This document shows, piece after piece, positions 37,653 through 46,215 of a stretch of 63,488 nt of DNA. Every line of letters begins with the position of its first letter. Within the stretch, counting starts at the first letter, position 1. The stretch covers positions 1 through 63,488 of the forward strand of contig JARKSN010000035.1 of assembly GCA_029974275.1 (NCBI GenBank), given 5' to 3'. This DNA is from Candidatus Hydrogenedentota bacterium. GTDB taxonomy: Bacteria; Hydrogenedentota; Hydrogenedentia; Hydrogenedentales; SLHB01. Below the pieces are notes generated by a model. It saw nothing but the letters and a program-made list of their open reading frames with translations, did no database searches and was not told where the DNA came from. The translations under genes and the position numbers were made by a program.

Positions 37653-38248
37653 GATGCCGTGTGGAGCGGGACGTGCCGGTGGCCGGTGTCGACGAACCGT
37701 TGCCACGTGGCCAGTTGGTCGTCGGGCACGCGCGCGCCGAAATGCGGTATCCAAGCGGGTTTAACCGGACGGCGCAGGAGCGGCATGCCGGCTTCCTCGG
37801 GGGTGCGGTTGCCTTTGCGGACGTTACAGGCCAGGCACGCAACCACGAGATTTTCCCACGAATCATCGCCGCCGCGCGACTGGGGCACGACATGATCCAG
37901 CGTGAGCTGCGGTCGCGGAAAGACGCGTCCGCAGTATTGACAGGAGCTTCGGTCGCGATCCAGGAGGGTGGACCTCGAAAAATGGACTTCATGTTGGACA
38001 AAGCCGTTGAACGAAGAAAGCTGGATGACTTCAGGGACTCGCACGCGGAAACTCGGCGTGTGGATGTAGCGTCCGCCAAGGCCATCCTGCGACAGCTCCA
38101 CCCATCCCTCGAAATCGTAAAGGGTGTAGTCTCTGGGGTGCACGGCGCGGGCCATGCCGAGATAGAGCAGCGTGAGGGCCCGGCGGACCGTTGCGATGTG
38201 GACGGCCGCCCAGGATTTGTTCAGCACCAGCACCTGGCCCTCAAGCAT
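37649..38248 (-). CDS. HNH endonuclease (McrA-like)
   Basis: VLVLN, RDRSSCQYCG, TLDHVVPQSRGG, WENLVVACLACNVRKG; stop overlaps priA ATG. Confidence 0.92.
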   Translation of the reverse strand: MLEGQVLVLNKSWAAVHIATVRRALTLLYLGMARAVHPRDYTLYDFEGWVELSQDGLGGRYIHTPSFRVRVPEVIQLSSFNGFVQHEVHFSRSTLLDRDRSSCQYCGRVFPRPQLTLDHVVPQSRGGDDSWENLVVACLACNVRKGNRTPEEAGMPLLRRPVKPAWIPHFGARVPDDQLATWQRFVDTGHRHVPLHTAS

Positions 38249-38307
38249 GGGAACTCTCCTGCCGCAGGACGCCACCATGCGGCGCACCCCGTCTCGCAGA
38301 CCCTGTT

Positions 38308-38640
38308 TTACCGGATTTGCTGACGCTCCAACAAAGCGCGCAGCTTGTCCAGTTCCTCGGTGATCCGGCGGATGGCCGTCCGTATCTCGAGGTGTTGACT
38401 TTCCAGTCGGGCCTGATAGCGGGAAATTCCGGCCCCCATGAGCATCATGCAGGCCAGAATGAAAAAGGCCATCATCATCGTGGTGGCCGTGTCGTAGTGA
38501 TCGGTCAGGCCAAACCACATTTTGTAAAAAAACAGGGCCGACAGGGCCAGCCAAAGCAAGAACAAGGCAATATTGGCATACCAGCCGACCTTGAACAGTC
38601 GCCATGTGCGGTTCGCTCGTTCTCGTGTCAGGCGTTCCAT
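38308..38640 (-). CDS. Small two-TM membrane protein with C-terminal coiled coil
   Basis: GGGAGAG RBS, two hydrophobic helices, heptad-like tail; fills the gap upstream of HNH. Confidence 0.7.
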   Translation of the reverse strand: MERLTRERANRTWRLFKVGWYANIALFLLWLALSALFFYKMWFGLTDHYDTATTMMMAFFILACMMLMGAGISRYQARLESQHLEIRTAIRRITEELDKLRALLERQQIR

Positions 38641-38893
38641 ACAGCTCTCCCTGCGGCTCTCCAGCGGTATGGGCAGTATAGAAACGCTCCGTGGTCTAGT
38701 CAAATCGCAAAAAAATTTCGAAAAACGTTCGAAGAAGTGAAAGCAAACACCTCCTGGCAACGTCTCTTATTGTGCACGGCGCAGCGATGGCGCGGGACGT
38801 GGACAAAAGGGGACAGGGGCGGACGCGTTTTGGCAACCTGTATGCGCGCGCCGGATCGCGGAATACCGGGAGGGGCGCGGAAGGAGGGGGCGT

Positions 38894-39514
38894 ATGGTGA
38901 CGGTTCTTCTTGAGGCGGATTCGAGCGACACGCGCGTTTTGCGGGCAGCGGCGGCTTCGTTGCGCCACTACGTCTCGTTTCTCGAAGTCCCAGGACAGGA
39001 GGTTCATGACGTCGTGCTGGCGATGGACGACAGTCCTGCGCCCGCACTGTTCAGGATGGACCGGCGTCGCGGCGTCGTTGTTTCGACGTGGCAGAGCGAA
39101 GGGATATGCCTGTACGCGGGGATAGAGCGAGGCGATTATCTGCTTCTGTGCACTCTGCTGGGGCTGACCCAGTGGCAGGCGCTGGACATCAACCCCATTT
39201 TGGTGGCCGAGGATTTCGAGCATCCTGCGCCGTCACGTTGTCTCTTTTCGACCTTGCCCGTGAAGCAGGACTATGCGTTGCTATTCGAAGAGCCGCATGT
39301 CTGCCCGACGTGTCTTCAGTTCTACCGGTGCCTCGGCGCCGAGATGAGCGTCATGGCGTTGCAGCAGGCGCTGCGTCGCATACATATGCGCCACACCCCC
39401 CTGGCCTATGCGGCGCGAACCTCCCGTCTGCTGCCCCATGACGTCTCAAACAGAACGCCGGAGCGGCGTCAGAACGGCCGCTCCGGCGGACTCGATAGAG
39501 AGGATTCGGATTAG
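38894..39514 (+). CDS. Hypothetical protein with His/Cys cluster (possible Zn site)
   Basis: Strong AAGGAGG RBS; HPAPSRCLF ... HVCPTC. Confidence 0.7.
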   Translation: MVTVLLEADSSDTRVLRAAAASLRHYVSFLEVPGQEVHDVVLAMDDSPAPALFRMDRRRGVVVSTWQSEGICLYAGIERGDYLLLCTLLGLTQWQALDINPILVAEDFEHPAPSRCLFSTLPVKQDYALLFEEPHVCPTCLQFYRCLGAEMSVMALQQALRRIHMRHTPLAYAARTSRLLPHDVSNRTPERRQNGRSGGLDREDSD

Positions 39515-39551
39515 TTTCGGGCGGTTTTTCCGCCGAGTGTCGGTCGAAACG

Positions 39552-40718
39552 CTACCGCACTTTTTCCCATTTGCGGGTCTTGTCGGCCTTTTCAACGGCG
39601 TCAAGAACTCTTTGGCATGCGACGCCATCCTCGAAAGTGGGATAGGGCGCGGCCTTTTTGCCGAGATTGGACACGAACGTCACGATTTCGTGCGTGAACA
39701 AATGCTCGTACCCCAGGATATGCCCCGTTGGCCACCAGGACCCGACGAAAGGATGGGCGCCGTCGCAGGCGTGGACCCGGCGGAACCCCTGGGCGGCATC
39801 GGGATCGGCGCAGTTGAAATATTGGAACCAATTCATGTCCTCCTGGTTCCAGATCACGCTTCCCTTGCTGCCGTAGATTTCAAAGCCGTTGTAGTTGCGA
39901 CGTCCCGGCGCAAAGCGCGTCGCTTCGAAGGTGCACAGCGTGTCCGCGCCTTTGATGTGCGCGAGGAAAATCGCGGCGTCATCGACATCGACCACGCCCA
40001 TCTTCTTGCTTTTCGCGTGGCCTTTCGTCGATGCGATGGTGGCTTGGCCCTCGGCGATCGGGCGTTTTTTGACAAAGGTGCGCATGGACGCGCACACCTC
40101 GTCGATCGGGCCTACCAGGAACTGGCAGAGATCGATGCTGTGGGCGCCGATATCGCCCAGCGATCCCGCGCCGGCGATTTTTTTCTGTAGGCGCCAGTTC
40201 AATGGAAACTCGGGATCGACAATCCAGTCCTGTTGATAATGCGCGCGGAAGTGAAAAATACGGCCCAAGGATCCGTCAGCGATCATCTTTTTGATCGTTT
40301 GCACGGCGGGCGCGAAACGGTATGAGAAACCGCACATGTGTTTCTTGCCGCCCTTTTTGACGGCCGCCAACATGGTCTCGGCGTCTTGGAGAACCGACGC
40401 CAACGGCTTTTCGCATACGATATGCTTGCCGGCCTTGGCCGCCTCGATGGCGATGGGCGGATGCATGATATTGGGGGTGCAAATATCGATTACGTCGATG
40501 TCCGGGCGGTTCACGACTTCTTTCCAGTGCAGGCTGGTCTGTTCCCAGCCCCATTTCTCCGCCACGGCGAGTTCTTCGGGAAATTTGCCGCACAGGACCT
40601 TCATGGTCACGTCTACGGGCAGATCGAAGAACATTTTCGCTTGACGCCAGGCATTGCTGTGCGCTTTGCCCATGAATTGGGCCCCTATCAATGCGACGTT
40701 GATTCTTTTTTTGGCCAT
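39552..40718 (-). CDS. Cytoplasmic Gfo/Idh/MocA oxidoreductase
   Basis: IGAQFMGKAH, CTPN, CEKPL, YQQDW, GSLGDIGAHSID. Confidence 0.94.
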   Translation of the reverse strand: MAKKRINVALIGAQFMGKAHSNAWRQAKMFFDLPVDVTMKVLCGKFPEELAVAEKWGWEQTSLHWKEVVNRPDIDVIDICTPNIMHPPIAIEAAKAGKHIVCEKPLASVLQDAETMLAAVKKGGKKHMCGFSYRFAPAVQTIKKMIADGSLGRIFHFRAHYQQDWIVDPEFPLNWRLQKKIAGAGSLGDIGAHSIDLCQFLVGPIDEVCASMRTFVKKRPIAEGQATIASTKGHAKSKKMGVVDVDDAAIFLAHIKGADTLCTFEATRFAPGRRNYNGFEIYGSKGSVIWNQEDMNWFQYFNCADPDAAQGFRRVHACDGAHPFVGSWWPTGHILGYEHLFTHEIVTFVSNLGKKAAPYPTFEDGVACQRVLDAVEKADKTRKWEKVR

Positions 40719-41004
40719 GTTTCTTCTCCCTCCTCTGATTCGCGCATGTCATCGTGCGCCATGATCGCGTATTATGCAGGCAAGGCTATGGAAAGCGCAA
40801 CGATTGATCGAGCCCTCTATTGCAGACGAAGGCAGGCGTTGTTATCCTTGGGGATATGGCCGCCTCGTATTGCGCGTTGGGGCGTGGCTCTCGTCCGTGG
40901 AGCCGAACAAGGATGAAATTCGGAGGGGGCGGCTGTTAACCAGAGCATTGGACAGAACATGGCGTGTGTGGCCTGTGGTCGAGCATGTACGAAAGGCGAC
41001 AAGG

Positions 41005-42291
41005 ATGAGCACAGAATTCCGGCTTCCGGGTCTAGGCGAGAACGTTGAATCGGGCGCGGTGACGAAAGTCATGATCGCGGTCGGCGATACGGTGATGGAG
41101 AACCAATCGGTCCTCGAAATCGAGACGGAAAAGGCGGCGCTCGAGGTGCCTTCAAACGTTTCTGGCGTCGTTACCGAAGTGCGCGTCAAGGAAGGCGATG
41201 TATTGCGAGTCGGGCAAGTGGCGTTTATCGTGGAGGCGACTTCCGTGTCCGTCGATCCTGCCTCGAGGGTTTTGCCCGTGCCGGAGCCGCCGGAGCCGGC
41301 ATCTGTCGACGTGCCGCCTGCATCGGAGACTTCAGGGCGCCATGACGCGGAACAGGCGTTGCCGCTTGCCCGTGCGGCGGTTCGACGCGGCGGTCCCGTG
41401 GCGGCTTCTCCATCCGTACGGCAGTTGGCGCGCGAGATTGGCGTCGACATCAACGAGGTGCCCTCTTCCGAGGGCGGACGCGTCACCGCCGAAGACGTGA
41501 AACGCCATGCGCGCGGCGCGAACGTGGACACCGGTGGCGCCGTTTCGCGCGCGGACGCGGCGGCTCCGTTGCCGGATTTCGCGCGCTGGGGCGAGGTGGA
41601 GCGCCAGCCGATGAGCACCGTGCGCCAGCGCACCGCCGAGAGCATGACGAGGGCGTGGACTTCCATTCCTCATGTGACGCAGTTCGACAAGGCCGACGTG
41701 ACAAACTTCGAAGCGCTTCGCGTGAAATATGCTTCCCGCGTCGAAAAGGCGGGCGGCAAGTTGACCGTGACGGCGATGTTGCTCAAGGTTCTTGCTGCGG
41801 CGCTTCAGAAGTTTCCGCAGTTCAACGCTAGCGTCAATATGGCTGCGAACGAAATCGTCTTCAAGAAGTACTACAACATCGGCGTCGCGGTGGATACGGA
41901 CCGAGGACTGCTCGTGCCGGTGATCCGTGACGTTGACCAGAAGAACATCATCGAGATCGCCGTCGAACTAAACGGATTGGCCGAACGCGCCCGCACCCGC
42001 AAGACGACGCTCGACGAAATGCAGGGCGGGACGTTCACCGTCAGCAATCTCGGAGGCATCGGCGGGACGGCCTTCACGCCGATCGTCAACGCGCCGGAGG
42101 TGGCGATCCTCGGGGTGTCGCGATCGCAAATCGAGCCGGTGTACATCGATGGCCGCTTTCAGCCGCGCACGATGCTGCCGCTTTCTCTGTCGTACGACCA
42201 CCGCGTCATCGACGGGGCCGACGCCGCGCGGTTTCTGCGTTGGGTATGCGAGGGCATCGAGCAACCGGTTGTATTGTTTTTGGAAGGATAG
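41005..42291 (+). CDS. 2-oxoacid dehydrogenase E2 (dihydrolipoamide acyltransferase, PDH-type)
   Basis: Lipoyl ETEKA, E3-binding ASPSVRQLAREIGVD, GGTFTVSNLGG, DHRVIDG. Confidence 0.95.
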   Translation: MSTEFRLPGLGENVESGAVTKVMIAVGDTVMENQSVLEIETEKAALEVPSNVSGVVTEVRVKEGDVLRVGQVAFIVEATSVSVDPASRVLPVPEPPEPASVDVPPASETSGRHDAEQALPLARAAVRRGGPVAASPSVRQLAREIGVDINEVPSSEGGRVTAEDVKRHARGANVDTGGAVSRADAAAPLPDFARWGEVERQPMSTVRQRTAESMTRAWTSIPHVTQFDKADVTNFEALRVKYASRVEKAGGKLTVTAMLLKVLAAALQKFPQFNASVNMAANEIVFKKYYNIGVAVDTDRGLLVPVIRDVDQKNIIEIAVELNGLAERARTRKTTLDEMQGGTFTVSNLGGIGGTAFTPIVNAPEVAILGVSRSQIEPVYIDGRFQPRTMLPLSLSYDHRVIDGADAARFLRWVCEGIEQPVVLFLEG

Positions 42292-42315
42292 TTTTTCTCA
42301 GACAGGAGTTGCAGC

Positions 42316-43767
42316 ATGAAGGAAGCGTCGAAAACGAGCGTGACGGTCCTTGGCGGCGGTCCCGGCGGGTATGCGGCGGCGTTTATGGCGTCGGACCTTG
42401 GCTTGGACGTGACGATGATCGATCTCGAACCGAACCCTGGCGGCGTGTGTTTGTATCGCGGGTGTATTCCGTCGAAGGCCTTGCTGCATGTGGCGCGGGT
42501 GCTGACGGAGGCCAAGGAGGCCGCGCATTGGGGCATTTCTTTCGCTTCGCCGAAAATTGATCTCGACAAGATGCGGGCCGCGAAGGACGCGGTGATCGCG
42601 AAGATGACGGGGGGACTGGGGCAGCTCTGCCGCGCGCGCAATATCAACTACATCCAAGGTCGGGCCAATTTCGAGGAGTCGCAGCGGCTACGGGTCGTGG
42701 GCGAGGACGGCTCCGAGCGGTTCATCGAGACGGACTACACGATTCTCGCGTCCGGATCGCGTCCGACGACCATCCCGAGCCTGCTGTTCGAGTCGCCGCG
42801 CATCATGAATTCGAGCAACGCATTGCGGATGGAAGACATTCCGAAATCGCTATTGGTCGTCGGCGGGGGGTATATCGGGCTCGAACTGGGGTCGGTCTAT
42901 GCAACGCTCGGCGCGAAGGTCACCATCGTCGAGATGGCGCCAGGACTTCTGCCCGGAGCCGATCCAGACCTTGTCAAAGTATTGCACGAGCGCATGGAGC
43001 CGTTGTTTCACGAAATTCTTCTCGAGACCAAGCTCGCCAGCGCGAAGGAAGAAAAGACCGGCATCAGGGTTACGTTGACGCACGCTTCCGGCAAGGAGCG
43101 AGCGGCGAAATTCGACAAACTGTTGGTGTGTGTCGGACGCAGGCCGAATTCGAGCGGCCTGGGCTTGCAGGCGACCCGGGTTGACGTCGATGAAAAAGGC
43201 TTTGTCAAAGTCGACGCGCAAACGCGCACGACCGATCCTCATATCTTCGCCATTGGCGACGTTGCGGGGGAACCCATGCTGGCCCATAAGGCGTCGCATC
43301 AGGGGCGCGTGGCGGCGGAAATATTGGCGGGACACAAGACGGCTTTTGCGCCGCAAGCTATTCCTGCAGTGGTGTTTACGGATCCGGAATTGGCGTGGTG
43401 CGGCTTGACGGAACGGGAGGCCCAGAAAACCGGGAGGGCGCACAAGGTGGCGCGGTTTCCGTGGGGCGCGAGCGGTCGCGCGGCGACGCTGAACCGCAGC
43501 GAAGGGCTGACCAAGATCATCAGCGATCCCGAGACGGATCGTGTGTTGGGAATGGGGATTGTGGGCACAGGGGCGGGCGAACTCATCGCGGAGGGCGTCT
43601 TGGCCATTGAGATGGGAGCGGTGGCGGCGGATATTTCCATGAGCATCCACGCGCACCCGACCTTGAGCGAGACGGTCATGGAGACGGCGGAACTGATTTT
43701 TGGATATAGCACGCACATGTACCGGCCGCGGCGCGATGGCACGGTTGAGCCGAAAGCCGTTGGGTAG
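42316..43767 (+). CDS. lpdA: Dihydrolipoyl dehydrogenase (E3)
   Basis: GGGPGGY, GGVCLYRGCIPSK, GGGYIGLE, HAHPTLSE. Confidence 0.96.
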   Translation: MKEASKTSVTVLGGGPGGYAAAFMASDLGLDVTMIDLEPNPGGVCLYRGCIPSKALLHVARVLTEAKEAAHWGISFASPKIDLDKMRAAKDAVIAKMTGGLGQLCRARNINYIQGRANFEESQRLRVVGEDGSERFIETDYTILASGSRPTTIPSLLFESPRIMNSSNALRMEDIPKSLLVVGGGYIGLELGSVYATLGAKVTIVEMAPGLLPGADPDLVKVLHERMEPLFHEILLETKLASAKEEKTGIRVTLTHASGKERAAKFDKLLVCVGRRPNSSGLGLQATRVDVDEKGFVKVDAQTRTTDPHIFAIGDVAGEPMLAHKASHQGRVAAEILAGHKTAFAPQAIPAVVFTDPELAWCGLTEREAQKTGRAHKVARFPWGASGRAATLNRSEGLTKIISDPETDRVLGMGIVGTGAGELIAEGVLAIEMGAVAADISMSIHAHPTLSETVMETAELIFGYSTHMYRPRRDGTVEPKAVG

Positions 43768-43981
43768 CAGTCATGCCGAACAAAGTGTTTGCGAGGAAAA
43801 TTTCCCGTGCAAGGGGGCGGGGGGGCGTTTTTTTCAAAAACCGGCATTTCTTGAGCCCGAAAAGCTTTTGAAATGCAAAGAACGCAAGTGATTTCGTAGA
43901 TGTTGTATACTCGTGATGCGTGTTCCGCCTCCCGGCGGATAGGGAAAATCAACGGGACGTGAGACCATAGGAGACGATTGC

Positions 43982-45322
43982 ATGGCAAACGGTGAGCGAA
44001 ACAGTCCTCCCAGTCCTGGCATGGGACGCAGACAATTTCTCAAGCGCGCCGCTCTGACGGGCGTGGCGGCGGCAGGTTTTCCATACATTATTCCTTCGAG
44101 AGCGTTCGGCGCCGGGGAGAATGTCGCGCCGAGCAACCGTCTCAACATCGGTTTCATTGGCATGGGGACAATGAACAAGGGGCATCTCGCCCAAATGTGG
44201 CAAACGCCCGATGTACAGGTCGTGGCGGTGTGCGATATTGAATCCACTCGCCTTGAAGACTGTCGGCGCTGGACGGACGAGTACTACGCCAAAGCCTATG
44301 GTTCGGGCAACTACAAGGCATGTCTTGCGTATGCCGATTTCAACGAGTTGTTGGCGCGACCCGATATCGACGCTGTCATGATCGCCACCCCGGACCATTG
44401 GCATGCGCTTCCCGCGATCGCCGCCGCAAAGGCCGGAAAAGACATCTATTGCGAGAAACCCATGGCGCATACGGTCGAGGAAGGCAGGGCGATGGTCAAT
44501 GCGGTGCGCCGCTACGGCCGCGTATTCCAGACCGGCAGTCAGCAACGTTCCGAGTTCAACGGTTATTTCCGCCGCGCGGCAGAGATGGTGCGCAACGGCG
44601 TCATCGGCGACCTCAAGTCCATCGATATCGGCGTGGGCCCGGCTGCGCGCGATTCGGTGGGACTGCCCGAGGAGCCCGTGCCGCCGACCATGGATTGGGA
44701 CCGCTGGCTAGGCCCGGCGCCGTGGCGCCCGTACAGTTCGGTGTTGTCGCCGATGAACTATACCCATTTCCCCGACTGGCGATCGTTTCGCGACTATGCG
44801 GGCGGCAGCCTGAGCGACTTCGGCGCGCATAACTTCGACATCGCGCAGTGGGCGCTCTGCATGGACGACAGCGGCCCGGTCGAATTTATCCATCCGAACG
44901 ATAGCCAGGACAAGGAAAAGCGCCTGACGATGCAGTATGCCAATGGCATTCCGATGTATCACGGCGGCAAAGACTACTGCACGTTCAACGGCACAAAGGG
45001 CATTATCCATGTGTCGCGCGATTACCTTCGCACCGAGCCGGAAGGATTGGTCGAAACTCCCTACAGCGCGAACGACGTGCGCTTGGACCGTGGACGCGGC
45101 CATCACCGCGATTGGCTCGAATGCATCAAGACCCGCGAGAAACCGATCGCGGACGTCGAGATCGGCCACCGCACCGCGACCATCTGCGCCCTGGCCAACA
45201 TGTGCTACCAGATCGGCCGCTCGTTCAAGTGGGACCCGAAAGCCGAGCGCGTCGTGGGCGACGAAGAGGCCAACCGCATGCTCGGCTATGCCTACCGTGC
45301 GCCGTATAAGTTGGAAGCCTAA
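43982..45322 (+). CDS. Tat-exported Gfo/Idh/MocA oxidoreductase
   Basis: GRRQFLK, GFIGMG, TPDHWH, YCEKP, QTGSQQRS; AGGAG RBS. Confidence 0.94.
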   Translation: MANGERNSPPSPGMGRRQFLKRAALTGVAAAGFPYIIPSRAFGAGENVAPSNRLNIGFIGMGTMNKGHLAQMWQTPDVQVVAVCDIESTRLEDCRRWTDEYYAKAYGSGNYKACLAYADFNELLARPDIDAVMIATPDHWHALPAIAAAKAGKDIYCEKPMAHTVEEGRAMVNAVRRYGRVFQTGSQQRSEFNGYFRRAAEMVRNGVIGDLKSIDIGVGPAARDSVGLPEEPVPPTMDWDRWLGPAPWRPYSSVLSPMNYTHFPDWRSFRDYAGGSLSDFGAHNFDIAQWALCMDDSGPVEFIHPNDSQDKEKRLTMQYANGIPMYHGGKDYCTFNGTKGIIHVSRDYLRTEPEGLVETPYSANDVRLDRGRGHHRDWLECIKTREKPIADVEIGHRTATICALANMCYQIGRSFKWDPKAERVVGDEEANRMLGYAYRAPYKLEA

Positions 45323-45330
45323 GGAACGAC

Positions 45331-45642
45331 ATGCATACACAGTTGCTTGAGGAGATCAAAGCCGCCCTCGCGCAGGTCCATGGCGAACGCCTGCGCGACG
45401 TAGTGCTGTACGGTTCCGAAGCGAGGGGCGATGCACGCGAAGAAAGCGACATCGATCTCCTCGTGATTCTGGACGGCCCCATTGCCTACGCGCGGGACCT
45501 CCAAAAGAACCTGGATGCACTGTTTCCGCTGGCGCTTCGCCTGGGACGGCGCATCAGCCCCAAGCCTGTGGATGCCGAAGACTACGAGATGGCCGCGTGC
45601 CCGTTGTACGCCGTTGCCGAGCGCGAGGGCGTCCATCTGTGA
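45331..45642 (+). CDS. Minimal nucleotidyltransferase (MNT) antitoxin
   Basis: LYGSEARGDAREESDIDLLV (GSx10DxD). Confidence 0.92.
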   Translation: MHTQLLEEIKAALAQVHGERLRDVVLYGSEARGDAREESDIDLLVILDGPIAYARDLQKNLDALFPLALRLGRRISPKPVDAEDYEMAACPLYAVAEREGVHL

Positions 45643-46025
45643 GCACATATGCCGAGCAGGAATGGCAGCGCGCCAAGCGCACACTCGAAACGGCCCGCAT
45701 GGTTCGCGCCGTCGATGCCGACTCTTCGGTATCGCGCGCATACTATGCGGCGTTTCATGCCGTATCGGCGTTGTTTGCCCTGCGTGGCCAGGAGTTTACG
45801 AAACATGCCGCTGTCCGCGCGGCAGTTCACCGGGAACTCGTGAAAGAAGGCGTGTGGTCTGTCGAATTGGGCAAGGACTTCGATTTCCTAATGGAAATGC
45901 GAGATGTCGGCGACTACGGCGGCGTTGCCCATGTCACCGAAGAAGATGCCGATGCCACTATCGAGAGAGCAGAACGAATCGTGCAAGCGGTGCAGCGAGT
46001 GCTTTCCGGAGAAATTGCGCCATGA
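45639..46025 (+). CDS. HEPN-domain protein (UPF0332-like), partner of MNT
   Basis: GTGA overlap with MNT; SRAYYAAFHA, KH, RDVGDY. Confidence 0.9.
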   Translation: MSTYAEQEWQRAKRTLETARMVRAVDADSSVSRAYYAAFHAVSALFALRGQEFTKHAAVRAAVHRELVKEGVWSVELGKDFDFLMEMRDVGDYGGVAHVTEEDADATIERAERIVQAVQRVLSGEIAP

Positions 46026-46201
46026 CAGCGCCAAACAATGAAGCCGGAAATCAAGTTGCGCTGTCGGCATTTATTGACAGCCCACGTTCTAGCATGGACG
46101 GACTAAAGAGGAATATTGATCGCGAAATTGAAGAGGAACGCAGCACGTGGGACTCGCATTCCCATGTGGAGGCACGGGTCGACCCGGCCCATAACGGATA
46201 G
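46022..46201 (+). CDS. Possible 59-aa ORF or antitoxin remnant
   Basis: ATGA overlap with HEPN stop; IDREIEEERSTWD segment. Confidence 0.35.
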   Translation: MTAPNNEAGNQVALSAFIDSPRSSMDGLKRNIDREIEEERSTWDSHSHVEARVDPAHNG

Positions 46202-46215
46202 GTAGGAGAAAAAGA

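Noticed and set aside
37649..38248. HNH as a Cas9/IscB, homing or restriction nuclease
   Set aside because: No RuvC, array, intron or DNA methylase nearby; matches a common stand-alone HNH family
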